The notes below the pieces were generated by a model. That model was not told the DNA's origin. It saw nothing but the letters and a program-made list of their open reading frames with translations, and made no database searches. This document shows, one piece after another, positions 21,058 through 33,000 of a stretch of 64,000 nucleotides of DNA; the first letter of the stretch is position 1; each line of letters starts with the position of its first letter. Origin of the DNA: Candidatus Oxydemutator sp. (lineage in GTDB: Bacteria; Pseudomonadota; Gammaproteobacteria; Poriferisulfidales; Oxydemutatoraceae); NCBI GenBank assembly GCA_965203445.1, contig OZ241883.1, forward strand, positions 2,208,001 to 2,272,000, written 5' to 3'. The position numbers were made by a program, and so were the translations under genes.

Positions 21058-24000
21058 TAACGGACGGCGCAGGCGAGGGGCAGAGTGTTTCCGATCTTAT
21101 TCAGAATGATATAACGGCGGTCCGCCGAGAGCACCTCGCCGTCAAAGTCCAAATCGGCGTCTATCGCGTAGCCGTTGCCGGAGACCGCCCGGTAGTGCCG
21201 CCTGCCTATAGTCTCAAGGTTGCTCGCCCGGATCGCGGCCTCGTCGTCGGCGTCCACGTCATTGTCACCGTCGGTATCCCCGGCAAACATCGCATAGCGA
21301 CCGCCGGCCAACGGCGCCTGGCAGTTCTGGTGCGACGGCTGGAGCCGGAAGTCCACGCAATAATCGGCACCGGCGCCGGCGTCGCAGGCGACGGCCGTGG
21401 CCGTCGCCATCACCGACAAATGATTGCGGTGGTGGATCAGCACGTACAAATCCTCGCTCGCGCTATCTATGCCTGCGCCAAAAAGCACACCCTCGGTTCG
21501 CAGCGCGTCACCATTCAGGCCGTCCACGCCGACTATCGTGCCGTCGCCCAACAACAACGCCGCCTGGCGCGCCAACGGTGTGACGGCGGCCGCGGCGCCG
21601 GCGTGTCGCGGCGTCTTTCTCAACTCCACCAGTACCCAATCCACGACCGTGTCGGTAACGCCGGACAAGCCGAAATCACCGGCACTCATCCCCGGCACCG
21701 TTATCTGCGGCGCGTTCCACGGCGCCGTCCCGTAGGGCGAACTCGCCGGCAGATACTCGATCAACCGGGTTCTCATGCGATCGCCGCCGGCGTACGCGCC
21801 CTGCAAATATACGTGCGCGGACACCACGGAAATCCTGTCGCGTATGCCGACCTGCGACGCCGCCGGCACTCCTATTTCCGCGAACAGGCCGCAATTCCGG
21901 CAGCCCGTCAGCCGCAAACGAAACTGCTCGCCGCTTTCACCCGGCGTATCGTCGCCAGCCACCCGCACCGATACTCTCGCGATATCGCCGACGCCCACCG
22001 TTACGCTCCCGGTAACCGGCAGCGCGACCACCCGCACACTGGTAACGCCGCCGCGATCCATTGCGGTCACGCTCTGCAAGTCGGCGGGCGTCAAACCTTC
22101 GGAGACGGCGGTAATCTCATATTCCACGGTCACGGCGCCATCGCCGGCACCGACGCCCACCAGCCTCACCATAAACGTCGCAGTAGCACCCTCGTCCACC
22201 GTAGCGGACGCCGCCGCCACCGTCACTCGGAGATCTCCATTGGCCGCTATCGTCGTTTGCACGACGGAACCTCGACCCAAACTCGCGTTGTCGGCGTTCC
22301 CGCTAAGCACCGCGTCGCCCAACGACACCTCGAAAACCTCCTCCGGTTCGGAGAAACCGTCCACGGCCACCGCCAACGAGAACGACGCGCTGCTGCGACC
22401 CGGTGCGATGACCACGTTTCCTCTGGTCGTGTCGTCAAAGTCATCGGCACCGACCACACCGCCGTCCACCGCCCAACTCCAACTCGCGGTCACGCCCAAC
22501 GGCAACGCCCGCTCCAAACTCACCACGTAGCTCGCCCTCTCCCCTTCCGACACGGCCCTGCTCCCATCTAATACAGGCGTCAGACTTATCCTCGTTTGAC
22601 TCGAATACTGCGCTTGTACGGTGGCTGTGGTTCGGCCCTGGCGCAATACCGGATATTGGAACGGACTGCCAAAGTCCCACGGCGCGTCGTCGTTCAAGTC
22701 GCGGTCGCCGCCCTGATCCACGCCGTCCACGTTCAACTTGTCCCAACCAGCGTAGATGCCCATAGCCGTCGTCGGGCCGCGCAACTCGGCTGACGTCCTG
22801 GACGACCGATACGGCAGCGACGCGCCTGAACCGCAACATGACGATAGCCCGCTGCGCTCCGTGTCGAAGTAGCTTGACTGGATCTCGCCGCCGTCGGCAC
22901 GCCATCCCGCCAACCCCCCCGTCACGCCGCCGCGCGCCGAAGGCTTCCCGATAGAGTAACTCGCGCTCACGACACCAGAATCGGCCAGAGCGCTCACCAA
23001 GCCCCCGGATAGGGCTTCGTCGCTGTTGTACTTCGCGTGCGCTTCTACGTTCGCGTAGCAGGCTATCACCGCTCCTTCATTCGTACCCACCAACCCGCCC
23101 GCGCCATAACCGGTTTTCACGCTGCCACCCACCACGTAGCTCGCCGCTATCCTGCCTTTGTTGATACCCGCCAACGCGCCCGCAACCACGGAGCGATCCG
23201 TCAAGTCCACCTCCACGTCCCTGAGGCCCGTGTTGCGGATCATCCCCCCGGCACCCAAGATGCCGAACAAGCCCACGTTATCCAATCTCGACCCCAAAAC
23301 GATTCTCATGCCGCTTATCACAAAACCGTTGCCCTCGAACGTCCCCGTGTATTCGTCGCCGGCGCCGTTGCCTCTGTTGGCAACGCCACCGCCCAACGGC
23401 TGCCACTCCACACCCGACAAATCCAGGTCATTCGACAATTCGTAGCCCCTGCAATCGCCCGCACACGTCTCGGCCTCGTCGAAAAACGAAAATGCCTCCT
23501 CGTAAGCAGCCTCGCCTTCATCATCCACGCCGCGCAAACCTTCGCCGCCCAAGTCATGGCGGATCGCCGCCAACTGCGACGTCGTCGCAACGTTTATCAG
23601 ATTATTGCCGTCGGCGTCGTAATTTCTCCCATTCGAGGCGATGACGCTGACGACCGCGGAACTGGCGACACCCAAATGCACGTTGTCCGGGCCTCGCAAA
23701 TCGCTTAGCCTCACTCGATACGTCTCTCTCCGCTCCAGCGTCCCGTCCTGCGCTATCCGGATACTGAAAACCGCGCTGTTGGTATTGACCAGGGTTACCG
23801 TCCCTCTCGTCGAACTGGCAAAATCGGACGCCTCGGCGTGGCCGGCGCCGGAGCCGGTCAATTCCACCGACCAACTCATCGTCACCACGACGCTGCCGCC
23901 GGCATCCAATTCCACCGCGTACCTTACCGTCGAACCTTCCGCTGCCACAGCGTCGCTTCGCTGCGACAGCGTCACCGATATCGGCGACAGCAAGCGCCGC

Positions 24001-27000
24001 TGCACACCGGCAGCGGTGGTGTTGCCGTCGGGATAACGCGCGCTCACGCCGCGCAACACCGGATACTCCAAATCGCTCCCGAAATCCCACGGGCCGTCAT
24101 CGTTCAACGTCACAACGCCCATGGCCGTGCTCGCCGCGTCGTCCACGTTCAACTCGTCCCAACCGGTATAGATGCCGACCGCCGTGGTCGGAATCCTCAA
24201 CTGGGCGGACGTCCTCGACGTATCCGCGTCAAACGACGGCATGTCCTGGCCGCAGCATGAAGCCTGCCCGCTGCGCACCCTGTCAAAGTAGCTTGCCTGA
24301 ACGTCATATCTGACGGCGTCGGGCTCATTACGCCCCCCCCCCAACAAGCCACCCCTTAAGATGCTTCCGCCGTATTCTCCCCCTGTCACCATACCAATGG
24401 AGTAACTGGCGCTCACCACCGAACCTATACCGGCTTCGCCTATCAAACCACCCGATCTGTGCACAATCGCATGCACTTCCACGTCCGCGTAACTCGCTAT
24501 TACCGTGCCACTATTGATACCCACCAGACCGCCCGCCGAAAAGACGCCTCCTACGCTGCCGCCTATCACCCAACTCGCCGCCACTTTGCCGTGGTTACGA
24601 CCCACCAAGGCGCCCGTATAATAACTGCCGCCCCACACTCTTACGCTCACGTCCCTAAGACCCACGTTGCGGATTGTGCCGACGTCGCTTGTGCCACCAA
24701 ACAACCCCGCGTGATGCAACCGTGACGACGGCCTGTGAATACGCAATTTGCTTATGACGTGGCCGTTGCCTTCAAAAACAGCGGTGTAATACGCTATCGG
24801 ATCGCCGCCCCCTATCGGCGTCCAGTTCTCTATGCCCGACAAGTCCAGGTCGTTCAACAATTCGTAGCCCTTGCAATCGCCCGCACACGTCGCGACCTCG
24901 TCGAAAAACGGAAACGCCTCTTCGTAAGCAGCCCTGTCTTCATCATCCACGCCGCGCAAACCTTCGCCGCCCAAGTCATGGCGGATCGCCGCCAACTGCG
25001 ACGTCGTCGAAACGTCTATCAGATTATTGCCGTCGGCGTCGTAATTTCTCCCATCCGGGGCGATGACGCTGACGACCGCGGAACTGGCGACACCCAAATG
25101 CACGTTGTCCGGGCCTCGCAAATCGCTTAACCTCACTCGATACGTCTCTCTCCGATCCGGCGTCCCGTCCTGCGCTATCCGTATACTGAAAACCGCGCTG
25201 TCGGTATTGACCAGGGCCACCGTCCCTCTCGTCGAATCGGCAAAATCGGACGCCTCGGCGTGGCCGGCGCCGGAACCGGTCAATTCCACCGACCAACTCA
25301 TCGTCACCACGACGCTGCCGACGGCATCCAATTCCACCACGTACCTTACCGTCGAACCTTCCGCTACCACAGCGTCGCTTCGCTGCGACAGCGTCACCGA
25401 TACCGGCGGCAGCAAGCGCCGCTGCACGCCGGCAGCGGTGGTGTTGCCACCGGGATAACGCGCGCTCACGCCACGCAACGCCGGATACTCCAAATCGCTC
25501 CCGAAATCCCACGGGCTGTCATCGTTCAACGTCACAACGCCCATGGCCGTGCTCGCCGCGTCGTCCACGTTCAACTTGTCCCAACCGCTATAGATGCCGA
25601 CCGCCGTGGTCGGAGCCCTCAACTGGGCGGACGTCCTCGACGTATCCGCGTCATACGACGGCACGTTCTGGCCGCAGCACGAAGTCTGCCCGCTGCGCAC
25701 CCTGTCAAAGTAGCTTGCCTGAACGTCATATTTGTCGGCGTCGGTTTCATTACGCCCCCCCAACAAGCCGCCCCGTAAGGTGCTTCCATCGTATGTCCCC
25801 CCTGTCACCATACCAATGGAGTAACTGGCGCTCACCACCGAACCTATACCGGCTTCGCCTATCAGACCACCCGATCCGTGTTCATCCGCATGCACTTCCA
25901 CGTCCGCGTAACTCGCTATTACCGTGCCATAATTGGCACCCGCCAAACCGCCCGCCGACCAGACACCTTCTACGCTGCCGCCTACCACGTAACTCGCCGC
26001 CACTTTGCCGTGGTTACGGCCCACCAAGGCGCCCGTATAAAAACTGCCGCCCCCCACTCTTACGTTCACGTCCCTAAGACCCACGTTGCGGATTGTGCCG
26101 ACGTCGCTTGTGCCACCAAACAACCCCGCGTGATGCAACCGTGACGACGGCCTGTGAATACGCAATTTGCTTATGACGTGACCGTTGCCTTCAAAAACAG
26201 CGGTGTAATACGCTATCGGATCGCCCCCCCCTATCGGCGTCCAGTTCTCTATGCCCGACAAATCTACGTCGTTCAACAATTCGTAGCCCTTGCAACCGCC
26301 CGCACACGTCGCGACCTCGTCGAAAAACGGAAACGCCTCTTCGTAAGCAGCCCTGTCTTCATCATCCACGCCACGCAAACCTTCGCCGCCCAAGTCATGG
26401 CGGATCGCCGCCAACTGCGACGTCGTCGAAACGTCTATCAGATTATTGCCGTCGGCGTCGTAATTTCTCCCATCCGGGGCGATGACGCTGACGACCGCGG
26501 AACTGGCGACATCCAAACGCACGTTGTCCGGACCTCGCAAATCGCTTAGCCTCACTCGATACGTCTCTCTCCGATCCGGCGTCCCGTCCCGCGCTATCCG
26601 TATACTGAAAACCGCGCTGTCGGTATTGACCAGGGCCACCGTCCCTCTCGTCGAATCGGCAAAATCGGACGCCTCGGCGTGGCCGACGCCGGAACCGGTC
26701 AATTCCACCGACCAACTCATCGTCACCACGGCGCTGACGCCGGCATCCCATTCCACCGCGTACCTTACCGTCGAACCTTCCGCTACCACAGCGTCGCCTC
26801 GCTGCGACAACGCCACCAATACCGGCGACTGCAAGCGCCACTGCACGCCGGTAGCGGTGGTGTTGCCGTGGGGATAGCGCGCGCTCACGCCACGCAACAC
26901 CGGATATTGGAACGGACTGCCAAAATCCCACGGGCTGTCATCGTTCAACGTCACAACGCCCATAGCCGTGCTCGCCACGCCGTCCACGTTCAACTTGTCC

Positions 27001-30000
27001 CAACCATCGTAGATGCCCGTCGCCGTGGTCGGCTCGCGCAACTTCCCCACACTCCTGGCCGGCGACCCCGGCACACCCACGCCACCCCCGCCCCAACCGC
27101 CGACGTCGCCGGCATAGTAACTGCTCTGGATCACGTCATGTCTATGTCTATCACCGCTTCCCTCGTTGAAACCTACCACACCGCCAACTCTCGTTGCAGC
27201 CGGACTGTAGGGCAGCCGCTTCAACCGGGAGCGCGCATAACTCGCTATGATCCTGCCGCCACGGTTCCAACCCACCAGACCACCAGCCCGATCTCTTCGC
27301 ACTGCCACGGTCACGTCGGCGTAAGAAGCGACGATCTCCTCTCTATTCTCATTCCTCTCATTCCTGCCCGTCAGACCGCCTACACCATAAAAGCCCCTCA
27401 CCATACCGCCCACCACGTAGCTCGCCGCCACCTGGCCGAAGTTGGCACCCACCAGCGCACCCACCCAGAAGCTGATCGACTCGGCCACGTCGACGTTCAC
27501 GTTCACCAGACCCACGTTGCGGACGACACCGTCGGAACCCAGAACACCGAACAAACCCACGGAATTCAAGTTCCTGACCGTACTCGACAAATGCAAACGT
27601 TCGATGACGTGGCCGTTACCCTCAAAGACCGCGTTGTAGCGATTCCCGGGCGGATTGGCAAACGGGCCGAGTACGCGCCCGCCCCCTATCGGCGTCCAGT
27701 TGACGCCGGACAGGTCTATGTCGTTCAACAGTTCATAACCTTTGCAAGTGCCGGGACAACCCATGCCCTGCACGGCGTCGGGAAACGCAGCGCCATAGGC
27801 GGCGGCGGCGGCGTTGCCGGCGCCCGCCAGATCGTGGGCGATGGCCTGCAACTGCGTCGAGGTCTCGACGTCTATCAAATTGTTGTCATTCACGTCATAG
27901 TCGACGCCCCCAGGATGCACTTCCGCGGTGGCTGTGGTTCGGCCCTGGCGCAATACCGGATATTGGAACGGACTGCCAAAGTCCCACGGCGCGTCGTCGT
28001 TCAAGTCGCGGTCGCCGCCCTGATCCACGCCGTCCACGTTCAACTTGTCCCAACCAGCGTAGATGCCCATAGCTGTCGTCGGGCCGCGCAACTCGGCCGA
28101 CGTCCTGGACGACCGATACGGCAGCGACGCGCCTGAACCGCAACATGACGATAGCCCGCTGCGCTCCGTGTCGAAGTAGCTTGACTGGATCTCGCCGCCG
28201 TCGGCACGCCATCCCGCCAACCCCCCCGTCACGCCGCCGCGCGCCGAAGGCTTCCCGATAGAGTAACTCGCGCTCACGACACCAGAATCGGCCAGAGCGC
28301 TCACCAAGCCCCCGGATAGGGCTTCGTCGCTGTTGTACTTCGCGTGCGCTTCTACGTTCGCGTAGCAGGCTATCACCGCTCCTTCATTCGTACCCACCAA
28401 CCCGCCCGCGCCATAACCGGTTTTCACGCTGCCACCCACCACGTAGCTCGCCGCTATCCTGCCTTTGTTGATACCCGCCAACGCGCCCGCAACCACGGAG
28501 CGATCCGTCAAGTCCACCTCCACGTCCCTGAGGCCCGTGTTGCGGATCATCCCCCCGGCACCCAAGATGCCGAACAAGCCCACGTTATCCAATCTCGACC
28601 CCAAAACGATTCTCATGCCGCTTATCACAAAACCGTTGCCCTCGAACGTCCCCGTGTATTCGTCGCCGGCGCCGTTGCCTCTGTTGGCAACGCCACCGCC
28701 CAACGGCTGCCACTCCACACCCGACAAATCCAGGTCATTCGACAATTCGTAGCCCCTGCAATCGCCCGCACACGTCTCGGCCTCGTCGAAAAACGAAAAT
28801 GCCTCCTCGTAAGCAGCCTCGCCTTCATCATCCACGCCGCGCAAACCTTCGCCGCCCAAGTCATGGCGGATCGCCGCCAACTGCGACGTCGTCGCAACGT
28901 TTATCAGATTATTGCCGTCGGCGTCGTAATTTCTCCCATTCGAGGCGATGACGCTGACGACCGCGGAACTGGCGACACCCAAATGCACGTTGTCCGGGCC
29001 TCGCAAATCGCTTAGCCTCACTCGATACGTCTCTCTCCGCTCCGGCGTCCCGTCCTGCGCTATCCGTATACTGAAAACCGCGCTGTTGGTATTGACCAGG
29101 GCTACCGTCCCTCTCGTCGAACTGGCAAAATCGGACGCCTCGGCGTGGCCGGCGCCGGAGCCGGTCAATTCCACCGACCAACTCATCGTCACCACGACGC
29201 TGCCGCCGGCATCCAATTCCACCGCGTACCTTACCGTCGAACCTTCCGCTGCCACAGCGTCGCTTCGCTGCGACAGCGTCACCGATATCGGCGACAGCAA
29301 GCGCCGCTGCACACCGGCAGCGGTGGTGTTGCCGTCGGGATAACGCGCACTCACGCCGCGCAACACCGGATACTCCAAATCGCTCCCGAAATCCCACGGG
29401 CCGTCATCGTTCAACGTCACAACGCCCATGGCCGTGCTCGCCGCGTCGTCCACGTTCAACTTGTCCCAACCGGTATAGATGCCGACCGCCGTGGTCGGAA
29501 TCCTCAACTGGGCGGACGTCCTCGACGTATCCGCGTCATACGACGGCATGTCCTGGCCGCAGCATGAAGCCTGCCCGCTGCGCACCCTGTCAAAGTAGCT
29601 TGCCTGAACGTCATATCTGACGGCGTCGGGTTCATTACGCCCCCCCCCCAACAAGCCACCCCTTAAGATGCTTCCGCCGTATTCTCCCCCTGTCACCATA
29701 CCAATGGAGTAACTGGCGCTCACCACCGAACCTATACCGGCTTCGCCTATCAAACCACCCGATCTGTGCACAATCGCATGCACTTCCACGTCCGCGTAAC
29801 TCGCTATTACCGTGCCACTATTGATACCCACCAGACCGCCCGCCGACCAGACCCCTCCTACGCTGCCGCCTATCACCCAACTCGCCGCCACTTTGCCGTG
29901 GTTACGACCCACCAAGGCGCCCGTATAAATACTGCTGCCCCACACTCTTACGCTCACGTCCCTTAGGCCCACGTTGCGGATTGTGCCGACGTCGCTTGTG

Positions 30001-33000
30001 CCACCAAACAACCCCGCGTGATGCAACCGTGACGACGGCCTGTGAATACGCAATTTGCTTATGACGTGGCCGTTGCCTTCAAAAACAGCGGTGTAATACA
30101 CTATCGGATCGCTGCCCCCTATCGGCGTCCAGTTCTCTATGCCCGACAAGTCCAGGTCGTTTAACAATTCGTAGCCCTTGCAATCGCCCGCACAAGTCGC
30201 AACCTCGTCGAAAAACGGAAATGCCTCGTCGTAAGCAGCCTTGTCTTCATCATCCACGCCGCGCAAACCTTCGCCGCCCAAGTCATGGCGGATCGCCGCC
30301 AACTGCGACGTCGTCGTAACGTCTATCAGATTATTGCCGTCGGCGTCGTAATTTCTCCCATTCGGGGCGATGACGCTGACGACCGCGGAACTGGCGACAC
30401 CCAAATGCACGTTGTCCGGACCTCGCAAATCGCTTAACCTCACTCGATACGTCTCTCTCCGATCCGGCGTCCCGTCCTGCGCTATCCGTATCCTGAAAAC
30501 CGCCCTGTCGGTATTGACCAGGGCCACCGTGCCTCTCGTCGAATCGGCAAAATCGGACGCCTCGGCGTGGCCGGCGCCGGAACCGGTCAATTCCACCGAC
30601 CAACTCATCGTCACCACGACGCTGCCGACGGCATCCAATTCCACCACGTACCTTACCGTCGAACCTTCCGCTACCACAGCGTCGCTTCGCTGCGACAGCG
30701 TCACCGATACCGGCGGCAGCAAGCGCCGCTGCACGCCGGCAGCGGTGGTGTTGCCACCGGGATAACGCGCGCTCACGCCGCGCAACGCCGGATACTCCAA
30801 ATCGCTCCCGAAATCCCACGGGCTGTCATCGTTCAACGTCACAACGCCCATGGCCGTGCTCGCCACGCCGTCCACGTTCAACTTGTCCCAACCGGTATAG
30901 ATGCCGACCGCCGTGGTCGGAGCCCTCAACTGGGCGGACGTCCTCGACGTATCCGCGTCATACGACGGCACGTTCTGGCCGCAGCACGAAGACTGCCCGC
31001 TGCGCACCCTGTCAAAGTAGCTTGCCTGAACGTCATATTTGTCGGCGTCGGGTTCATTACGCCCCCCCAACAAACCACCCCGTAAGGTGCTTCCACCGTA
31101 TGTCCCCCCTGTCACCATACCAATGGAGTAACTGGCGCTCACCACCGAACCTATACCGGCTTCGCCTATCAGACCACCCGATCGGTGCTCATCCGCATGC
31201 ACTTCCACGTCCGCGTAACTCGCTATTACCGTGCCATAATTGGCACCCGCCAAACCGCCCGCCGCCCAAACACCTTCTACGCTGCCGCCTACCACGTAAC
31301 TCGCCGCCACTTTGCCGTCGTTACGGCCCACCAAGGCGCCCGTATAAATACTGCTGTCTCCCACGTGTACGTTCACGTCCCTAAGGCCCACGTTGCGGAT
31401 TGTGCCGACGCTGCTTGTGCCACCAAACAACCCCGCGTGATGCAACCGTGACGACGGCCTGTGAATACGCAATTTGCTTATGACGTGGCCGTTGCCTTCA
31501 AAAACAGCAGAGTAATGCTCTATCGGATCGCCGCCCCCTATCGGCGCCCAATTCTCTATGCCCGATAAATCCAGGTCGTTTAACAATTCGTAGCCCTTGC
31601 AGCCGCCCGCACACGTCGCGACCTCGTCGAAAAACGGAAATGCCTCTTCGTAAGCAGCCCCGTCTCCATCATCCACGCCGCGCAAACCTTCGCCGCCCAA
31701 GTCATGGCGGATCGCCGCCAACTGCGACGTCGTCGTAACGTCTATCAGATTATTGCCGTCGGCGTCGTAATTTCTCCCATCCGGGGCGATGACGCTGACG
31801 ACCGCGGAACTGGCGACACCCAAATACACGTTGTCCGGACCTCGCAAATCGCTTAGCCTCACTCGATACGTCTCTCTCCGATCCGGCGTCCCGTCCTGCG
31901 CTATCCGTATCCTGAAAACCGCGCTGTCGGTATTGACCAAAACCACCGTCCCTCTCGTCGAATCGGCAAAATCGGACGCCTCGGCGTGGCCGGCGCCGGA
32001 ACCGGTCAATTCCACCGACCAACTCATCGTCACCACGGCGCTGACGCCGGCATCCCATTCCACCGCGTACCTTACCGTCGAGCCTTCCGCTACCACAGCG
32101 TCGCCTCGCTGCGACAACGCCACCAATACCGGCGACTGCAAGCGCCACTGCACGCCGGTAGCGGTGGTGTTGCCGTGGGGATAGCGCGCGCTCACGCCAC
32201 GCAACACCGGATATTGGAACGGACTGCCAAAATCCCACGGGCTGTCATCGTTCAACGTCACAACGCCCATAGCCGTGCTCGCCACGCCGTCCACGTTCAA
32301 CTTGTCCCAACCATCGTAGATGCCCGTCGCCGTGGTCGGCTCGCGCAACTTCCCCACACTCCTGGCCGGCGACCCCGGCACACCCACGCCACCCCCGCCC
32401 CAACCGCCGACGTCGCCGGCATAGTAACTGCTCTGGATCACGTCAAATCTATGTCTATCACCGCTTCCCTCGTTCAAACCCACCACACCGCCAACTCCCG
32501 TTGCAGCCGGACTGTAGGGCAGCCGCTTCAACCGGGAGCGCGCATAACTCGCTATGATCCTGCCGCCACGGTTCCAACCCACCAGACCACCAGCCCGATC
32601 TCTTCGCACTGCCACGGTCACGTCGGCGTAAGAAGCGACGATCTCCTCTCTATTCTCATTCCTCTCATTCCTGCCCGTCAGACCGCCTACACCATAATGG
32701 CCCCTCACCATACCGCCCACCACGTAGCTCGCCGCCACCTGGCCGAAGTTGGCACCCACCAGCGCACCCACCCAGAAGCTGATCGACTCGGCCACGTCGA
32801 CGTTCACGTTCACCAGACCCACGTTGCGGACGACACCGTCGGAACCCAGAACACCGAACAAACCCACGGAATTCAAGTTCCTGACCGTACTCGACAAATG
32901 CAAACGTTCGATGACGTGGCCGTTACCCTCAAAGACCGCGTTGTAGCGATTCCCGGGCGGATTGGCAAACGGGCCGAGTACGCGCCCGCCCCCTATCGGC

